DNA of 64,000 nt from Spirochaetota bacterium (GTDB taxonomy: Bacteria; Spirochaetota; UBA4802; UBA5550), in the NCBI GenBank assembly GCA_963664815.2, contig CAXXHB010000003.1, forward strand, positions 1-64,000, read 5' to 3'. A program made the position numbers and the translations under genes. Of the stretch, positions 40,365 to 50,139 are shown in pieces. Below the pieces are notes generated by a model. It was not told the DNA's origin. It did not search any database and saw nothing but the letters and a program-made list of their open reading frames with translations. The first letter of the stretch is position 1, and the number at the start of each line of letters is the position of its first letter.

Positions 40365-40745
40365 ATGAAAAAGAAAATATTAATTGTTGATGATCTTTAT
40401 GCAAACCGTTATCTGCTTGAAGAAGTACTGGATGAATATGAAGTGTTCGGTGTATCAGATGGTGGTAAGATGCGGGAATATTTAAAATCATCTATCCCGG
40501 ATGTTATACTGATGGATGTTAACCTCCCTGAACAGGACGGATTTGAGATTACAAAAGAGTTGAAGAATAACCCTCTGACAAAGAATATTTCTGTTATTTT
40601 TTTAACCGTTCACAACACAAAATCAGATGTCATGCATGCTATCAAGGCGGGAGGTTCTGATTTTATTGTAAAACCTTTTGATGAAATTGATCTGAAGAGT
40701 CGTATTGAGAAAGTTTTAAAGGAAAAGGAGTTCAGGGATATATAA
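40365..40745 (+). CDS. Single-domain response regulator
   Basis: ILIVDD, LMDVNLP, FLT, KPF. Confidence 0.92.
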   Translation: MKKKILIVDDLYANRYLLEEVLDEYEVFGVSDGGKMREYLKSSIPDVILMDVNLPEQDGFEITKELKNNPLTKNISVIFLTVHNTKSDVMHAIKAGGSDFIVKPFDEIDLKSRIEKVLKEKEFRDI

Positions 40746-40763
40746 AAATCCTGCGGAGAGAAT

Positions 40764-41245
40764 GTGGAGAAATTTACAATACTCGTAGTTGATGATGAGC
40801 CGGCGAATATTTTCCTGCTGGAAGAGGTTTTATATAACTATAATGTAGTATCAGTAAAAAACGGCATGGAGATGTTTGATGTACTTGAAAAAACGTTACC
40901 CGACCTGATGCTGCTCGATATAATGATGCCCGGGATTGATGGATTAACGCTTGCTCGTCAGTTTATGATATACTCGCCAGGTATGGGGGAGAGGAGTTTA
41001 TTTTTATCATTGACGGGATATTAAAAGATAAGGCTTCACGAATACTGGACAGGATCAGAGAGGAGATTGCAGTGACAGAACTTGACCCTGAAAACCATAT
41101 TGCTGTTTCATTCAGCTGCGGGATAACAGATAATACTGAAATTGAAGATCAGGGTGATGTAATTGATTTACTTATAAAAATTGCTGACAGGAGACTATAT
41201 AATGCAAAATCAGGAGGGAGAAACCTGGTAATCAGTAATGATTAA
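40764..41245 (+). pseudogene. REC-GGDEF diguanylate cyclase, internally deleted and frameshifted
   Basis: First about 65 aa of a receiver domain, then in another frame from about 40961 YDILARYGGEEF...SFSCGI...ADRRLYNAKSGGRN to stop at 41245. Confidence 0.85.
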
Positions 41246-41452
41246 TATTATCAGAATATTTTATATTTAAATTGTATAAAAAGGTGATCTTAATTTCCGG
41301 ATAATAAAACCCCGTCAGATTGTAAAGGGGTGATTATTTTGAAAATCAAACAGCATATCGTTTAATACCTTGGTTTGATAAACATGTCTTTAACAGGAAA
41401 ATATGATGTAAGTAAAAAACATGTAATGAAATAAAGAAGTTTTATAAGGCAA

Positions 41453-41709
41453 GGAACAGATGTTTCTCACCTTCTGCCGATTGTACTGACAGGTGTATTT
41501 GCAGCAGTATTTCCGATGCTTTTAACATATTGGGACTGGACTGTATATAAATATAGCAATTTTTTTTTCATATTCTTGTTAACATCGGAATGGTTATAGG
41601 GATTATGCCTGTTACAGGTCTTCCTCTTTGTTTTATTTCTTACGGAGGCTCCAATCTTTTCATGATTATGATGGGGGTCGGTATTCTCAATAATATCTAT
41701 AAGAAATGA
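41453..41709 (+). pseudogene. rodA: SEDS (RodA/FtsW) gene remnant
   Basis: 41566-41709 reads FHILVNIGMVIGIMPVTGLPLCFISYGGSNL; a TM fragment GTDVSHLLPIVLTG...PMLLTY lies upstream in another frame. Confidence 0.75.
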
Positions 41710-41889
41710 TCTGCATGTCTCAGTTTGTTCATAAACTGTAACTGGCAGGCTGTCTCTGCTTATTTTCCGACCAATGAGTCAGAATTAAAAAATTTTAGTG
41801 TATTTTAAAAAAATATTTGACAGGTTTCTCTTAAAAGAAACTTATAGCTTATTATAAATTCAGTGTGAAGGAAACATTTTAAAAGTTTT

Positions 41890-42003
41890 ATGAAATCTCT
41901 GGCAAAAAAATCATTTAATGTAATCTATGCAGTAAAAGAACTGAAGTCTGCAGGCTTCGGATATTTCTATTTTTATTTTTACGTAAGTGACATATTGAAC
42001 TGA
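41890..42003 (+). CDS. Phe/Tyr-rich attenuator leader peptide (37 aa)
   Basis: MKSLAKKSFNVIYAVKELKSAGFGYFYFYFYVSDILN*, directly upstream of a terminator and the aro operon. Confidence 0.85.
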   Translation: MKSLAKKSFNVIYAVKELKSAGFGYFYFYFYVSDILN

Positions 42004-42005
42004 AA

Positions 42006-42069
42006 GAGTTTTATCATAAGAATATACGCGTAAAAAGCCCTTTGATAAAAACTCAAAGGGCTTTTTTTT
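42006..42069 (+). terminator. Attenuator: terminator with overlapping antiterminator
   Basis: AGCCCTTTGA/TCAAAGGGCT stem plus T8 tract; GAGTTTTATCA (42006-42016) complementary to TGATAAAAACTC (42043-42054). Confidence 0.85.
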
Positions 42070-42099
42070 GGTTAATCATTCAGCAAATGGAGAAGAAAG

Positions 42100-42924
42100 A
42101 TGAAAAATCTTAAGTTAGTAAAAATCAATGGTGATAATCTCAGAAGTACCTTTAAAGTCGGCAACTCGGTTATAGGTAAAGACTTTGTCATTGTAGGTGG
42201 ACCATGCTCTGTTGAGAGTGAAGAGCAGACAATGAAAACAGCGGAAGCTGTGAAAAAAGGGCATGGTAATATGCTTAGAGGCGGGGCATTCAAACCCAGA
42301 ACCTCACCCTATGACTTCCAGGGCTTAGGGCTTAAAGGGCTTAAAATCCTTGAAAAAGCAAAGCAGAAGACAGGATTGCCGATTGTCACGGAGGTCATTG
42401 ATCCCAGGGATGTTTCATGGGTATGTGAATATGCGGATATATTACAGATAGGCGCCAGGAACATGCAGAATTTCTCTCTTCTTAAAGAGGTTGGAAAATC
42501 AAACAAACCTGTCCTTCTGAAAAGAGGGATGTACTCAACTCTCAGAGAATGGCTTAATTGTGCGGAATATATTCTTGCAGAAGGAAATCCGGAAGTTATT
42601 TTATGTGAAAGAGGAATAAGAACTTTTGAAACATACACAAGAAATACACTCGACCTGAGTATTGTTCCTGCCGTAAAGGAGTTGACTCATCTTCCAATTA
42701 TGGTGGATCCCTCACATGGGACAGGTAAACTGAGTCTTATTGAGCCTATGTGTCTTGCAGCAGTTGCCGCCGGTGCTGACGGGCTTCTGCTTGAAGTACA
42801 TATCAATCCGGCAGAAGCAAAAAGCGATGCAGATCAGCAGCTAACACCGGAACAATTTTATGCAATTACGGAAAAAATTCTGAAACTTAAAAAATTTATG
42901 GATGCCGAGATTTTCAACTCATAA
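42100..42924 (+). CDS. aroF: DAHP synthase type I-beta, no regulatory domain
   Basis: [34 protein letters not shown]; only 274 aa. Confidence 0.95.
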   Translation: MKNLKLVKINGDNLRSTFKVGNSVIGKDFVIVGGPCSVESEEQTMKTAEAVKKGHGNMLRGGAFKPRTSPYDFQGLGLKGLKILEKAKQKTGLPIVTEVIDPRDVSWVCEYADILQIGARNMQNFSLLKEVGKSNKPVLLKRGMYSTLREWLNCAEYILAEGNPEVILCERGIRTFETYTRNTLDLSIVPAVKELTHLPIMVDPSHGTGKLSLIEPMCLAAVAAGADGLLLEVHINPAEAKSDADQQLTPEQFYAITEKILKLKKFMDAEIFNS

Positions 42925-42936
42925 CGGGTAATAAAA

Positions 42937-44013
42937 GTGAAAGAGATAAGAATAAATACAGGTGACCGTACATCGGTGGTTTTAATCGGGGAATCTATAA
43001 GGAATATACGGCAGTTCGTCCCGCCGGAGAATACTGTGATCGTAACTGATGAGAACCTTCACAGGTATTATTCATCAGTATATTCCGGCTATCCGTTGAT
43101 TGTAATCGGCACCGGTGAGAGTATTAAAACTCTGGCAACAGTTGAGACGATTATAAGAGGGCTCATAGAATTCAGGGCGCACAGGAAGACTTTTCTGCTT
43201 GGTATAGGTGGCGGAATTATCAGCGATATTGCGGGGTTTGCCGCATCGGTTTATATGAGAGGCATTCCTTTCGGGTTTATATCTACATCTCTTCTCTCCC
43301 AGGTAGATGCCAGTGTAGGGGGGAAAAACGGAGTAAATATTGACGGACTGAAAAATATGGCGGGAGTTATAAACCAGCCTCAGATTGTTATATGCGATCA
43401 CGAAATGTTAAGTACGCTTCCTGAAGAAGAATATATAAACGGCATGGCGGAACTTATTAAAACTGCATGCCTGGATAAAGAAGGACTTTTTAATTTTATT
43501 TCAGAAAACAGAGAAAAACTTTTAAAACGTGACAGCGATGCAGTTTCTGAAGCTGTGTACAGATCGGTAAAGTTCAAAGCCGGTATAGTTGAGGAGGATG
43601 AGATGGAGGATAATGTAAGGAGGATACTCAATCTCGGCCATACACTGGGTCATGCAGTGGAAAAGGTTAAAGGTGTTAAACATGGATTTGCCGTGAGTGC
43701 CGGTATCGGATTTGCATTGGAGTTTTCCGGACATTATGGAATGATTGACCCTGCAACCGGAAATGAAATAAAAGAAGTGATGAAGTATTTCGGCCTTCCG
43801 GACAAGATAGGTGATGTAGCGGAAATTGAAGATCTTCCGGAGATTCTTAAAGCAGTAGAGAGTGACAAGAAAAAGGGGGGCGCTGAGATAAACTTTGTTC
43901 TTTTAAAAGGCATCGGCAATAGTGTAATTAAAAGTATTAATCGGGAAGATCTTAAAGAATTTATATATAATTATAGTAAAAATAATATTGGTAAAAGGAA
44001 AATTAATGTATGA
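42937..44013 (+). CDS. aroB: 3-dehydroquinate synthase
   Basis: GGGIISDIAGF, VDASVGGKNG, LNLGHTLGHAVE. Confidence 0.95.
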   Translation: MKEIRINTGDRTSVVLIGESIRNIRQFVPPENTVIVTDENLHRYYSSVYSGYPLIVIGTGESIKTLATVETIIRGLIEFRAHRKTFLLGIGGGIISDIAGFAASVYMRGIPFGFISTSLLSQVDASVGGKNGVNIDGLKNMAGVINQPQIVICDHEMLSTLPEEEYINGMAELIKTACLDKEGLFNFISENREKLLKRDSDAVSEAVYRSVKFKAGIVEEDEMEDNVRRILNLGHTLGHAVEKVKGVKHGFAVSAGIGFALEFSGHYGMIDPATGNEIKEVMKYFGLPDKIGDVAEIEDLPEILKAVESDKKKGGAEINFVLLKGIGNSVIKSINREDLKEFIYNYSKNNIGKRKINV

Positions 44014-44651
44014 TATGTGTAAGTATTGCAGACCTGTCTGTAACTGAAGCGGTAAAAATTATAGAGAGTAGTGAACTTTCGGAAGTCAGGCTGGACAGAA
44101 TCAGTTTCGGTGACGGTGATATCAGGAAACTGTTTTCAACAGGGAAGATGACAATAGCCACATACAGGCCGGTAGATACTGTTACAGACAGTGAGAGGAA
44201 GAAAACCCTTGTTGAAGCGATTAATGCCGGGGCATCATACGTTGATATTGAAGTTGAGAATGATGATGATTATAAAAATGAAATTATTAAAACAGCTCAG
44301 ATAAAACAATGCAAAACAATTGTTTCGTATCATAACTATACTAAAACACCGGTTATCCGTGAACTTGAGCAGATAATGAGATGGTGTTTTGAGTGTAAAG
44401 CGGACTTCGCAAAGATAGCCTGCTATGTTGATTCGGCTGAAAGTTGTTCCAGGCTTCTTTCCCTTTACAGTTATGGAAAACCGGTTATTTCCATAGGGAT
44501 GGGACATGGCGGCAGGATCACAAGAATTGCTGCAACGCTTCTGGGGGCTCCATTTACTTATGCGTCAATTAATGAAAATAAAAAAACTGCTCCAGGGCAG
44601 TTTGATTCGGATAAATTAAAAACAATAATAGATATGATCAGGAATTCATAA
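44010..44651 (+). CDS. aroD: Type I 3-dehydroquinate dehydratase
   Basis: EVRLD, VSYHN, AKIA, MG...TR, TAPGQ. Confidence 0.92.
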   Translation: MICVSIADLSVTEAVKIIESSELSEVRLDRISFGDGDIRKLFSTGKMTIATYRPVDTVTDSERKKTLVEAINAGASYVDIEVENDDDYKNEIIKTAQIKQCKTIVSYHNYTKTPVIRELEQIMRWCFECKADFAKIACYVDSAESCSRLLSLYSYGKPVISIGMGHGGRITRIAATLLGAPFTYASINENKKTAPGQFDSDKLKTIIDMIRNS

Positions 44652-45953
44652 ATGAAAGATGATAATCATATACTTCTGGGAGTGGCCGGGTCACCTGTTT
44701 TTCACAGCAAGAGCCCTGCAATTTTCAGATCAATTTTCCGGGAAAAGGGAATAGATGCGTCGTACATCAGGATTGCTGTAAGCTGGGCTGACGAGGCGGC
44801 GAGATTATGCAATGAACTCGATTTCCGGGGCATGAATGTTACGGCGCCCTTTAAATACAGCATAATTTCTCATCTTGACAATATCTCTGATGAAGCAGAC
44901 AGAATGAAAAGTGTAAATACTGTGGTAAACAGGTACGGAAAACTCACCGGATACAACACCGATCATTACGGTGTAACGTCGCCGCTTGAGAACAGGCTCG
45001 GGTCATTGAAGTATAAAAATGCCGTAGTTGCCGGAGCCGGAGGAGCCGGGGTTTCTGCCGCTTTCGGGCTCTCGCGTTCCGGATGCAATGTTACCGTATT
45101 GAATATAACAATTAATGAAGCGAAAAACTGCGCGGATAAATTCGGCTGCAGATATGACCTCCTTGCAAATATAAAAAATTATATTTCAGCTGCAGACATT
45201 TTTGTGTCCGCTCTTCCATATGAGGCAGATCCGCTGGATATCTCCTCCATGAAAAAAGGTTCCACGGTTATGGATGCATCGTATAAAAAATCCCATTACA
45301 GGGAGCAGGCAGAGAAATGCGGATTAACATTTATTCCAGGGGAAGAGTGGCTGGTTTATCAGGCAATTTATGCATGCGGGCATTTCCTTGATTTTAATCC
45401 GCCGGCTGAAACTGCATATTCAGGAGTAATTGAGCCGCGAAAAAAAAGCGATCTTATCTCCCTTATAGGATTTATGGGTTCCGGGAAAACTTCTGCAGGG
45501 ATGGAAATCGCACGTATCAGGAAGATGGATTTCATTGATCTTGATGAACTTATTGAACTGAAAGTACAAAAGTCAGTAAATGAAATATTCCGGACTATGG
45601 GTGAAGAAAAATTCCGTGAAATTGAAACGGATATGCTTTATTCACTTAAAAATAAGAAAAATTTAATTATATCATGTGGAGGGGGTATAGTTCTTGGAGA
45701 AAGAAACAGGGAGTTTCTCAGAAATGAAACAGAATGTATCTGGCTTTATTGCGGCATGGACACAATGCTGGAAAGAGTACATGACGGGAAAAGACCACTC
45801 ATAAATGCAATGAACGATCCAATTGAAGCAGTGGAGCTTTTCAATTCGAGAAAAAAATTTTATGCTTCATCGTGCGAATCAGTTGTCTTAACAGAAACAA
45901 CACCGGAAAAAACTGCGGAGCTTATAAATGAAGAAATACGTTTATCCTTCTAA
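44652..45953 (+). CDS. aroE: Shikimate dehydrogenase-shikimate kinase fusion (AroE-AroK)
   Basis: HSKSP, NVTAPFK, VNT, GYNTD, GAGGAG, then IGFMGSGKT, GEEKFREIE, GGG, RPL. Confidence 0.9.
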   Translation: MKDDNHILLGVAGSPVFHSKSPAIFRSIFREKGIDASYIRIAVSWADEAARLCNELDFRGMNVTAPFKYSIISHLDNISDEADRMKSVNTVVNRYGKLTGYNTDHYGVTSPLENRLGSLKYKNAVVAGAGGAGVSAAFGLSRSGCNVTVLNITINEAKNCADKFGCRYDLLANIKNYISAADIFVSALPYEADPLDISSMKKGSTVMDASYKKSHYREQAEKCGLTFIPGEEWLVYQAIYACGHFLDFNPPAETAYSGVIEPRKKSDLISLIGFMGSGKTSAGMEIARIRKMDFIDLDELIELKVQKSVNEIFRTMGEEKFREIETDMLYSLKNKKNLIISCGGGIVLGERNREFLRNETECIWLYCGMDTMLERVHDGKRPLINAMNDPIEAVELFNSRKKFYASSCESVVLTETTPEKTAELINEEIRLSF

Positions 45954-47175
45954 ACTCAGCGGAACAATAGCGGCGCCCGCTTCAAAGAGCATGATGCAGA
46001 GAGCCGTTGCTGCGGCTCTTCTCGCTCAGGGTGAAAGCATTCTGTTTCATCCTTCATTCTGTAACGATTCCATGGCTGCCATGAGAGTTGCAGAGGGACT
46101 TGGGGCAACGGTTGAGAAAACACCTGATAAGGTGATAATACACGGAGGAATTAATCCTGCAACAAACATACTTAACTGCGGTGAGTCCGGTTTGTGTATA
46201 AGAATGTTTACTCCTATTGCAGCGCTCACGGGTGAAAAAATTATTCTTACCGGGGAGGGATCACTTCCAGGAAGGCCGGTGTCCGGTATAGAAAACGCAC
46301 TTGAAAAACTTGGAGTTTCTGTTAAATCGAATAACGGTTTATTGCCGGTTGAGGTATCTTCAATACTTAAAGGAGGGATAGCTGAAATTGACGGAAGTTT
46401 AAGCTCCCAGTTTCTCACGGGTCTTCTTATGGCTCTTCCTCTTGCGGAGAATGACAGCATTGTCCATGTTAAAAATCTGAAAAGCAGAGAGTATATTGAT
46501 ATTACAATTGATGTGCTGGAAAAATTCGGAATTACAGTGAAAAATGAAGAATATAATGAGTTTAGAATTAAAGGCGGGCAGAGATTTAAACCCGCACAGA
46601 TTGATATTGAGGGAGACTGGAGCGGAGCAGCCTTTCTACTCTGCGCAGGAGCAATTTCAGGGAGTATAGGCATAACAGGTTTAAACCCTGAATCATGTCA
46701 GCCAGACAGGGCGATAGTAACAGCTTTAAGAAAAAGCGGTGCTGATGTTGATATAGAAAAAAATATTATACAGGTACATTCAAAAAACCTTTACGGTTTC
46801 GAATTTGACGCAACTGAGTGCCCGGATCTTTTTCCACCTCTTGCTGCTCTTGCTTTTTATTGTAAAGGGGAAAGCCTTATATGGGGAGCTGAAAGGCTGA
46901 AGCATAAAGAGAGCGACAGAGGTTTGGCTATAATATCTGAATTTAAAAAGATGGGGGGCTCGGTGAAGATAGAAAATGACTGCATGGTTATACGCAGCTC
47001 AGCTCTTACAGGCGCAAAAATTGATCCTCATGGAGACCACAGAATGGCCATGGCGTGTGCTGTGGCAGCAACCGGTTGCTCCGGGAGAGTGGAGATTGAC
47101 GATGCCGGGTGTGTTAACAAATCGTATAATGAATTTTATGACCATATGATAAAACTGGGAGTAGAAATAAAATGA
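45928..47175 (+). CDS. aroA: EPSP synthase
   Basis: PASKS, GESG, SSQF, KESDR, DHRMAMA. Confidence 0.96.
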   Translation: MKKYVYPSKLSGTIAAPASKSMMQRAVAAALLAQGESILFHPSFCNDSMAAMRVAEGLGATVEKTPDKVIIHGGINPATNILNCGESGLCIRMFTPIAALTGEKIILTGEGSLPGRPVSGIENALEKLGVSVKSNNGLLPVEVSSILKGGIAEIDGSLSSQFLTGLLMALPLAENDSIVHVKNLKSREYIDITIDVLEKFGITVKNEEYNEFRIKGGQRFKPAQIDIEGDWSGAAFLLCAGAISGSIGITGLNPESCQPDRAIVTALRKSGADVDIEKNIIQVHSKNLYGFEFDATECPDLFPPLAALAFYCKGESLIWGAERLKHKESDRGLAIISEFKKMGGSVKIENDCMVIRSSALTGAKIDPHGDHRMAMACAVAATGCSGRVEIDDAGCVNKSYNEFYDHMIKLGVEIK

Positions 47176-48152
47176 ACAGTTTCGGAAATATTTTCAGAGT
47201 ATCTATCTTTGGTGAATCGCATGGACCGGTTATCGGCATAACTATTGACGGGTGTCCGCCCGGAATAGATTTTAATGAATCCGACATGGCGGATGATATT
47301 AAAAGAAGAATGCCCGGCGCCGCAGGGACTACTAACCGCAGAGAGTCAGATGATCCGGAAATAATCAGCGGAGTATTCAACGGAAAAACAACCGGTGCGC
47401 CTCTCGGCATAATTTTCAGAAACAGTGATATGAAATCGGATGATTATAAAAAACTGAAAAATCTGCCAAGGCCGGGGCATGCGGATCTTACCGCAATGCA
47501 GAAATATAAAGGGTTTAACGATCCACGGGGCGGAGGGCATTTTTCTGGCAGGATTACTCTTCCGCTTGTTGCAGCCGGTTCTCTTGCAAAGAAAATTATT
47601 CATAATGTATCGATTGATTCAAGGATAGTTGAGATAGCCGGAAAAGAAGATTACCATAACATTCTTGAAGAAGTGATAGCGGCAGGTGACTCGGCGGGTG
47701 GAATAATTGAAGTAAAAATGTCAGGGATTCCGGCGGGACTTGGAGAACCTTTTTTTAATTCATTTGAGTCATATGTGAGTCATATTATATTTTCTGTACC
47801 AGCAGTAAAAGGGATTGAGTTCGGGTCAGGTTTCGCTTCTGCAGGGATGCTCGGAAGTGAACATAATGACATAATAATTTCACCGGACGGGAAAACGGAA
47901 ACCAACAATGCCGGAGGTATAAACGGAGGTATAACAAATGGTAATGATGTTATCTTCAGGGTTGCTGTAAAACCTACTCCAAGCATCAAAAAGGAGCAGA
48001 ATACCGTAAATATAGAAACAGGGGAAAAGGAGAAACTTGTCGTACATGGGAGACATGACGCATGTATTGCTTTACGGACGCAGGTAGTGTTTGAGGCATG
48101 CGCCGCAATTGCAGCGGCAGACCTTTATCTTGTCAGCAAATCATGTAATTAA
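47172..48152 (+). CDS. aroC: Chorismate synthase
   Basis: GESHG, RPGHAD, GGINGG, KPTPSI, GRHD. Confidence 0.96.
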   Translation: MNSFGNIFRVSIFGESHGPVIGITIDGCPPGIDFNESDMADDIKRRMPGAAGTTNRRESDDPEIISGVFNGKTTGAPLGIIFRNSDMKSDDYKKLKNLPRPGHADLTAMQKYKGFNDPRGGGHFSGRITLPLVAAGSLAKKIIHNVSIDSRIVEIAGKEDYHNILEEVIAAGDSAGGIIEVKMSGIPAGLGEPFFNSFESYVSHIIFSVPAVKGIEFGSGFASAGMLGSEHNDIIISPDGKTETNNAGGINGGITNGNDVIFRVAVKPTPSIKKEQNTVNIETGEKEKLVVHGRHDACIALRTQVVFEACAAIAAADLYLVSKSCN

Positions 48153-48209
48153 TATCATGCTGCCGGAAACAGCTGGCAAAAAGAAAAATATTTAAACGGA
48201 GTAAATTTA

Positions 48210-49292
48210 ATGAAGCTTGAAGAAATAAGAACAACTATTGATCAGATCGATTCAAAAATATTGAAACTTCTAAATGACAGAATGGAGCAGGCAATTCTTG
48301 CAAAGAAATTTAAAAATTCAATTGAGGATCCTGAACGGGAAAGAGATATTATGGAAAAGCTTAAAAATACTCCCAATTCTCTGCTCGATCCGATATTGAC
48401 CGAATCGATTTATAAACTGATAATTTCCTGGAGCAAGAAACTTCAGGCGAAGGATTGCATGGTTATAGGCTTTCAGGGGGAACATGGAGCGTATAGTGAA
48501 GATGCTGCAAGAAGGTGGAACAAAGAGCTTCTTACGATACCATGCACAACTTTTAACGGTGTTTTTGAAGGTGTACATACCGGAATGTTTGATTTCGGTG
48601 TTGTGCCTGTTGAAAATACTCTCGGTGGAATAGTCGGGCCTGTGAATGAGCTTCTTATCAATACCGAACTTTTTATAGTCGGAGCTGTGGATATGCCTAT
48701 TCATCACAATCTGCTGATTCTGCCTGGAACTGATCACAGAGAGATACGTGAAGTATATTCACATTCTCAGGCATTGTCACAATGCAGGAGGTTTCTATCG
48801 AGAAATAATCTTGTTCCTGTGCCGTTTTATGATACAGCCGGAGCAGCAAGGATGCTGACCGAAATGAAGCCGAGAGCCGCGGCCTGCATAGCGGGGAGAC
48901 TTGCGGCAGAGCTTTACAACCTTGAGGTTATAAAGGAGAATATACAGGACTCTGACATAAACAGAACGAGATTTCTGATACTTGCCCGGGAAAGGGATAA
49001 CAGGGATGGAAATAAATGTTCCATAACATTCACGACAGCCCACAAATCGGGGACTCTTTTTGGTGTACTTGAGATATTCGCCACCGCCGGAATAAACCTG
49101 ACAAGAATTGAGTCTATCCCGACAGAACCGGGAAGCTATTCTTTTTTCCTCGATTTTGACGGTTACGATAAAGATCCGGTTGTAATTGCTGCCCTGGAGA
49201 AAGCCGGAAATTCCACTATAGATCTGAAACTTTTGGGGTGTTACGTTGAAAAATTTATCGATAACCAGACGATTAAAGAGGAGGAAGAATGA
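48210..49292 (+). CDS. pheA: Chorismate mutase / prephenate dehydratase (P-protein)
   Basis: R...ID.ID..I..LL..R chorismate mutase start; PVEN, NRTRF, ACT domain NLTRIES. Confidence 0.93.
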   Translation: MKLEEIRTTIDQIDSKILKLLNDRMEQAILAKKFKNSIEDPERERDIMEKLKNTPNSLLDPILTESIYKLIISWSKKLQAKDCMVIGFQGEHGAYSEDAARRWNKELLTIPCTTFNGVFEGVHTGMFDFGVVPVENTLGGIVGPVNELLINTELFIVGAVDMPIHHNLLILPGTDHREIREVYSHSQALSQCRRFLSRNNLVPVPFYDTAGAARMLTEMKPRAAACIAGRLAAELYNLEVIKENIQDSDINRTRFLILARERDNRDGNKCSITFTTAHKSGTLFGVLEIFATAGINLTRIESIPTEPGSYSFFLDFDGYDKDPVVIAALEKAGNSTIDLKLLGCYVEKFIDNQTIKEEEE

Positions 49293-50062
49293 AAATATTT
49301 ATTATTGGCGCAGGTCACATGGGAAGCTGGCTTACAGAAGAATTATGTCATGATCATGAAGTAGCGGTCTTTGATAAGGATCCGCGGAAGCTGAAATATT
49401 TTATAAATGTGCAGAGATTTCTCTCTGCTGAGGAAGTTAAAGATTTCAGGCCGGAACTCATTATCAATTGTGTAAGCCTGAATAAGACGGAAGAGGTTTT
49501 TAATATGCTCATTCCACTGGTTCCCGAAGATTGTATACTCGCAGATATTGCATCTGTTAAAAACGGAATTCATGATTATTATGAGAAAACAGGAAGGCGG
49601 TTTGTTTCAACACATCCAATGTTCGGGCCGACATTTGGGAATGTAAGGAATCTCAGCAGTGAGAGTGCAATCATTATAACTCAATCTGACATGGAGGGGA
49701 AGAAGTTCTTTAATGATCTTTTTTGCAGCCTTAAACTAAAAATTTATGAATACACATTTGAAGAGCACGACGAGATTACAGCATACTCGCTTTCCACTCC
49801 TTTTGCTTCATCTCTTGTGTTTGCGGCATGTATGAAAAAAATTGATGCACCCGGCACAACATTTAAGAAGCATATGGAAATAGCCAGGGGGCTTCTGTCT
49901 GAGGATGATTATCTTTTATCTGAAATTCTTTTCAATCCATATACCCTGAAGCAGATAGAGAGCATAAACTCACAATTATCATATCTTACCCATATAATCA
50001 AAGCAAGGGATTTTGAAGAGATGGAAAAATTTCTTACCAGACTCAGAGAAAATATTAAATAA
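49289..50062 (+). CDS. tyrA: Prephenate dehydrogenase
   Basis: GAGHMG, DIASVK, HPMFGP, EEHD. Confidence 0.92.
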   Translation: MKIFIIGAGHMGSWLTEELCHDHEVAVFDKDPRKLKYFINVQRFLSAEEVKDFRPELIINCVSLNKTEEVFNMLIPLVPEDCILADIASVKNGIHDYYEKTGRRFVSTHPMFGPTFGNVRNLSSESAIIITQSDMEGKKFFNDLFCSLKLKIYEYTFEEHDEITAYSLSTPFASSLVFAACMKKIDAPGTTFKKHMEIARGLLSEDDYLLSEILFNPYTLKQIESINSQLSYLTHIIKARDFEEMEKFLTRLRENIK

Positions 50063-50130
50063 AAAAAGGGATCTGACTGATCCCCTTTCCTATACTTACT
50101 GATGGTAAAAGGGCCTGGTCCCTTTTACTG
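50061..50130. terminator. Tandem terminator hairpins between convergent tyrA and rlpA
   Basis: GGGATC/GATCCC and GTAAAAGGG/CCCTTTTAC stems with T tracts. Confidence 0.7.
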
Positions 50131-50139
50131 TATTCAGAA

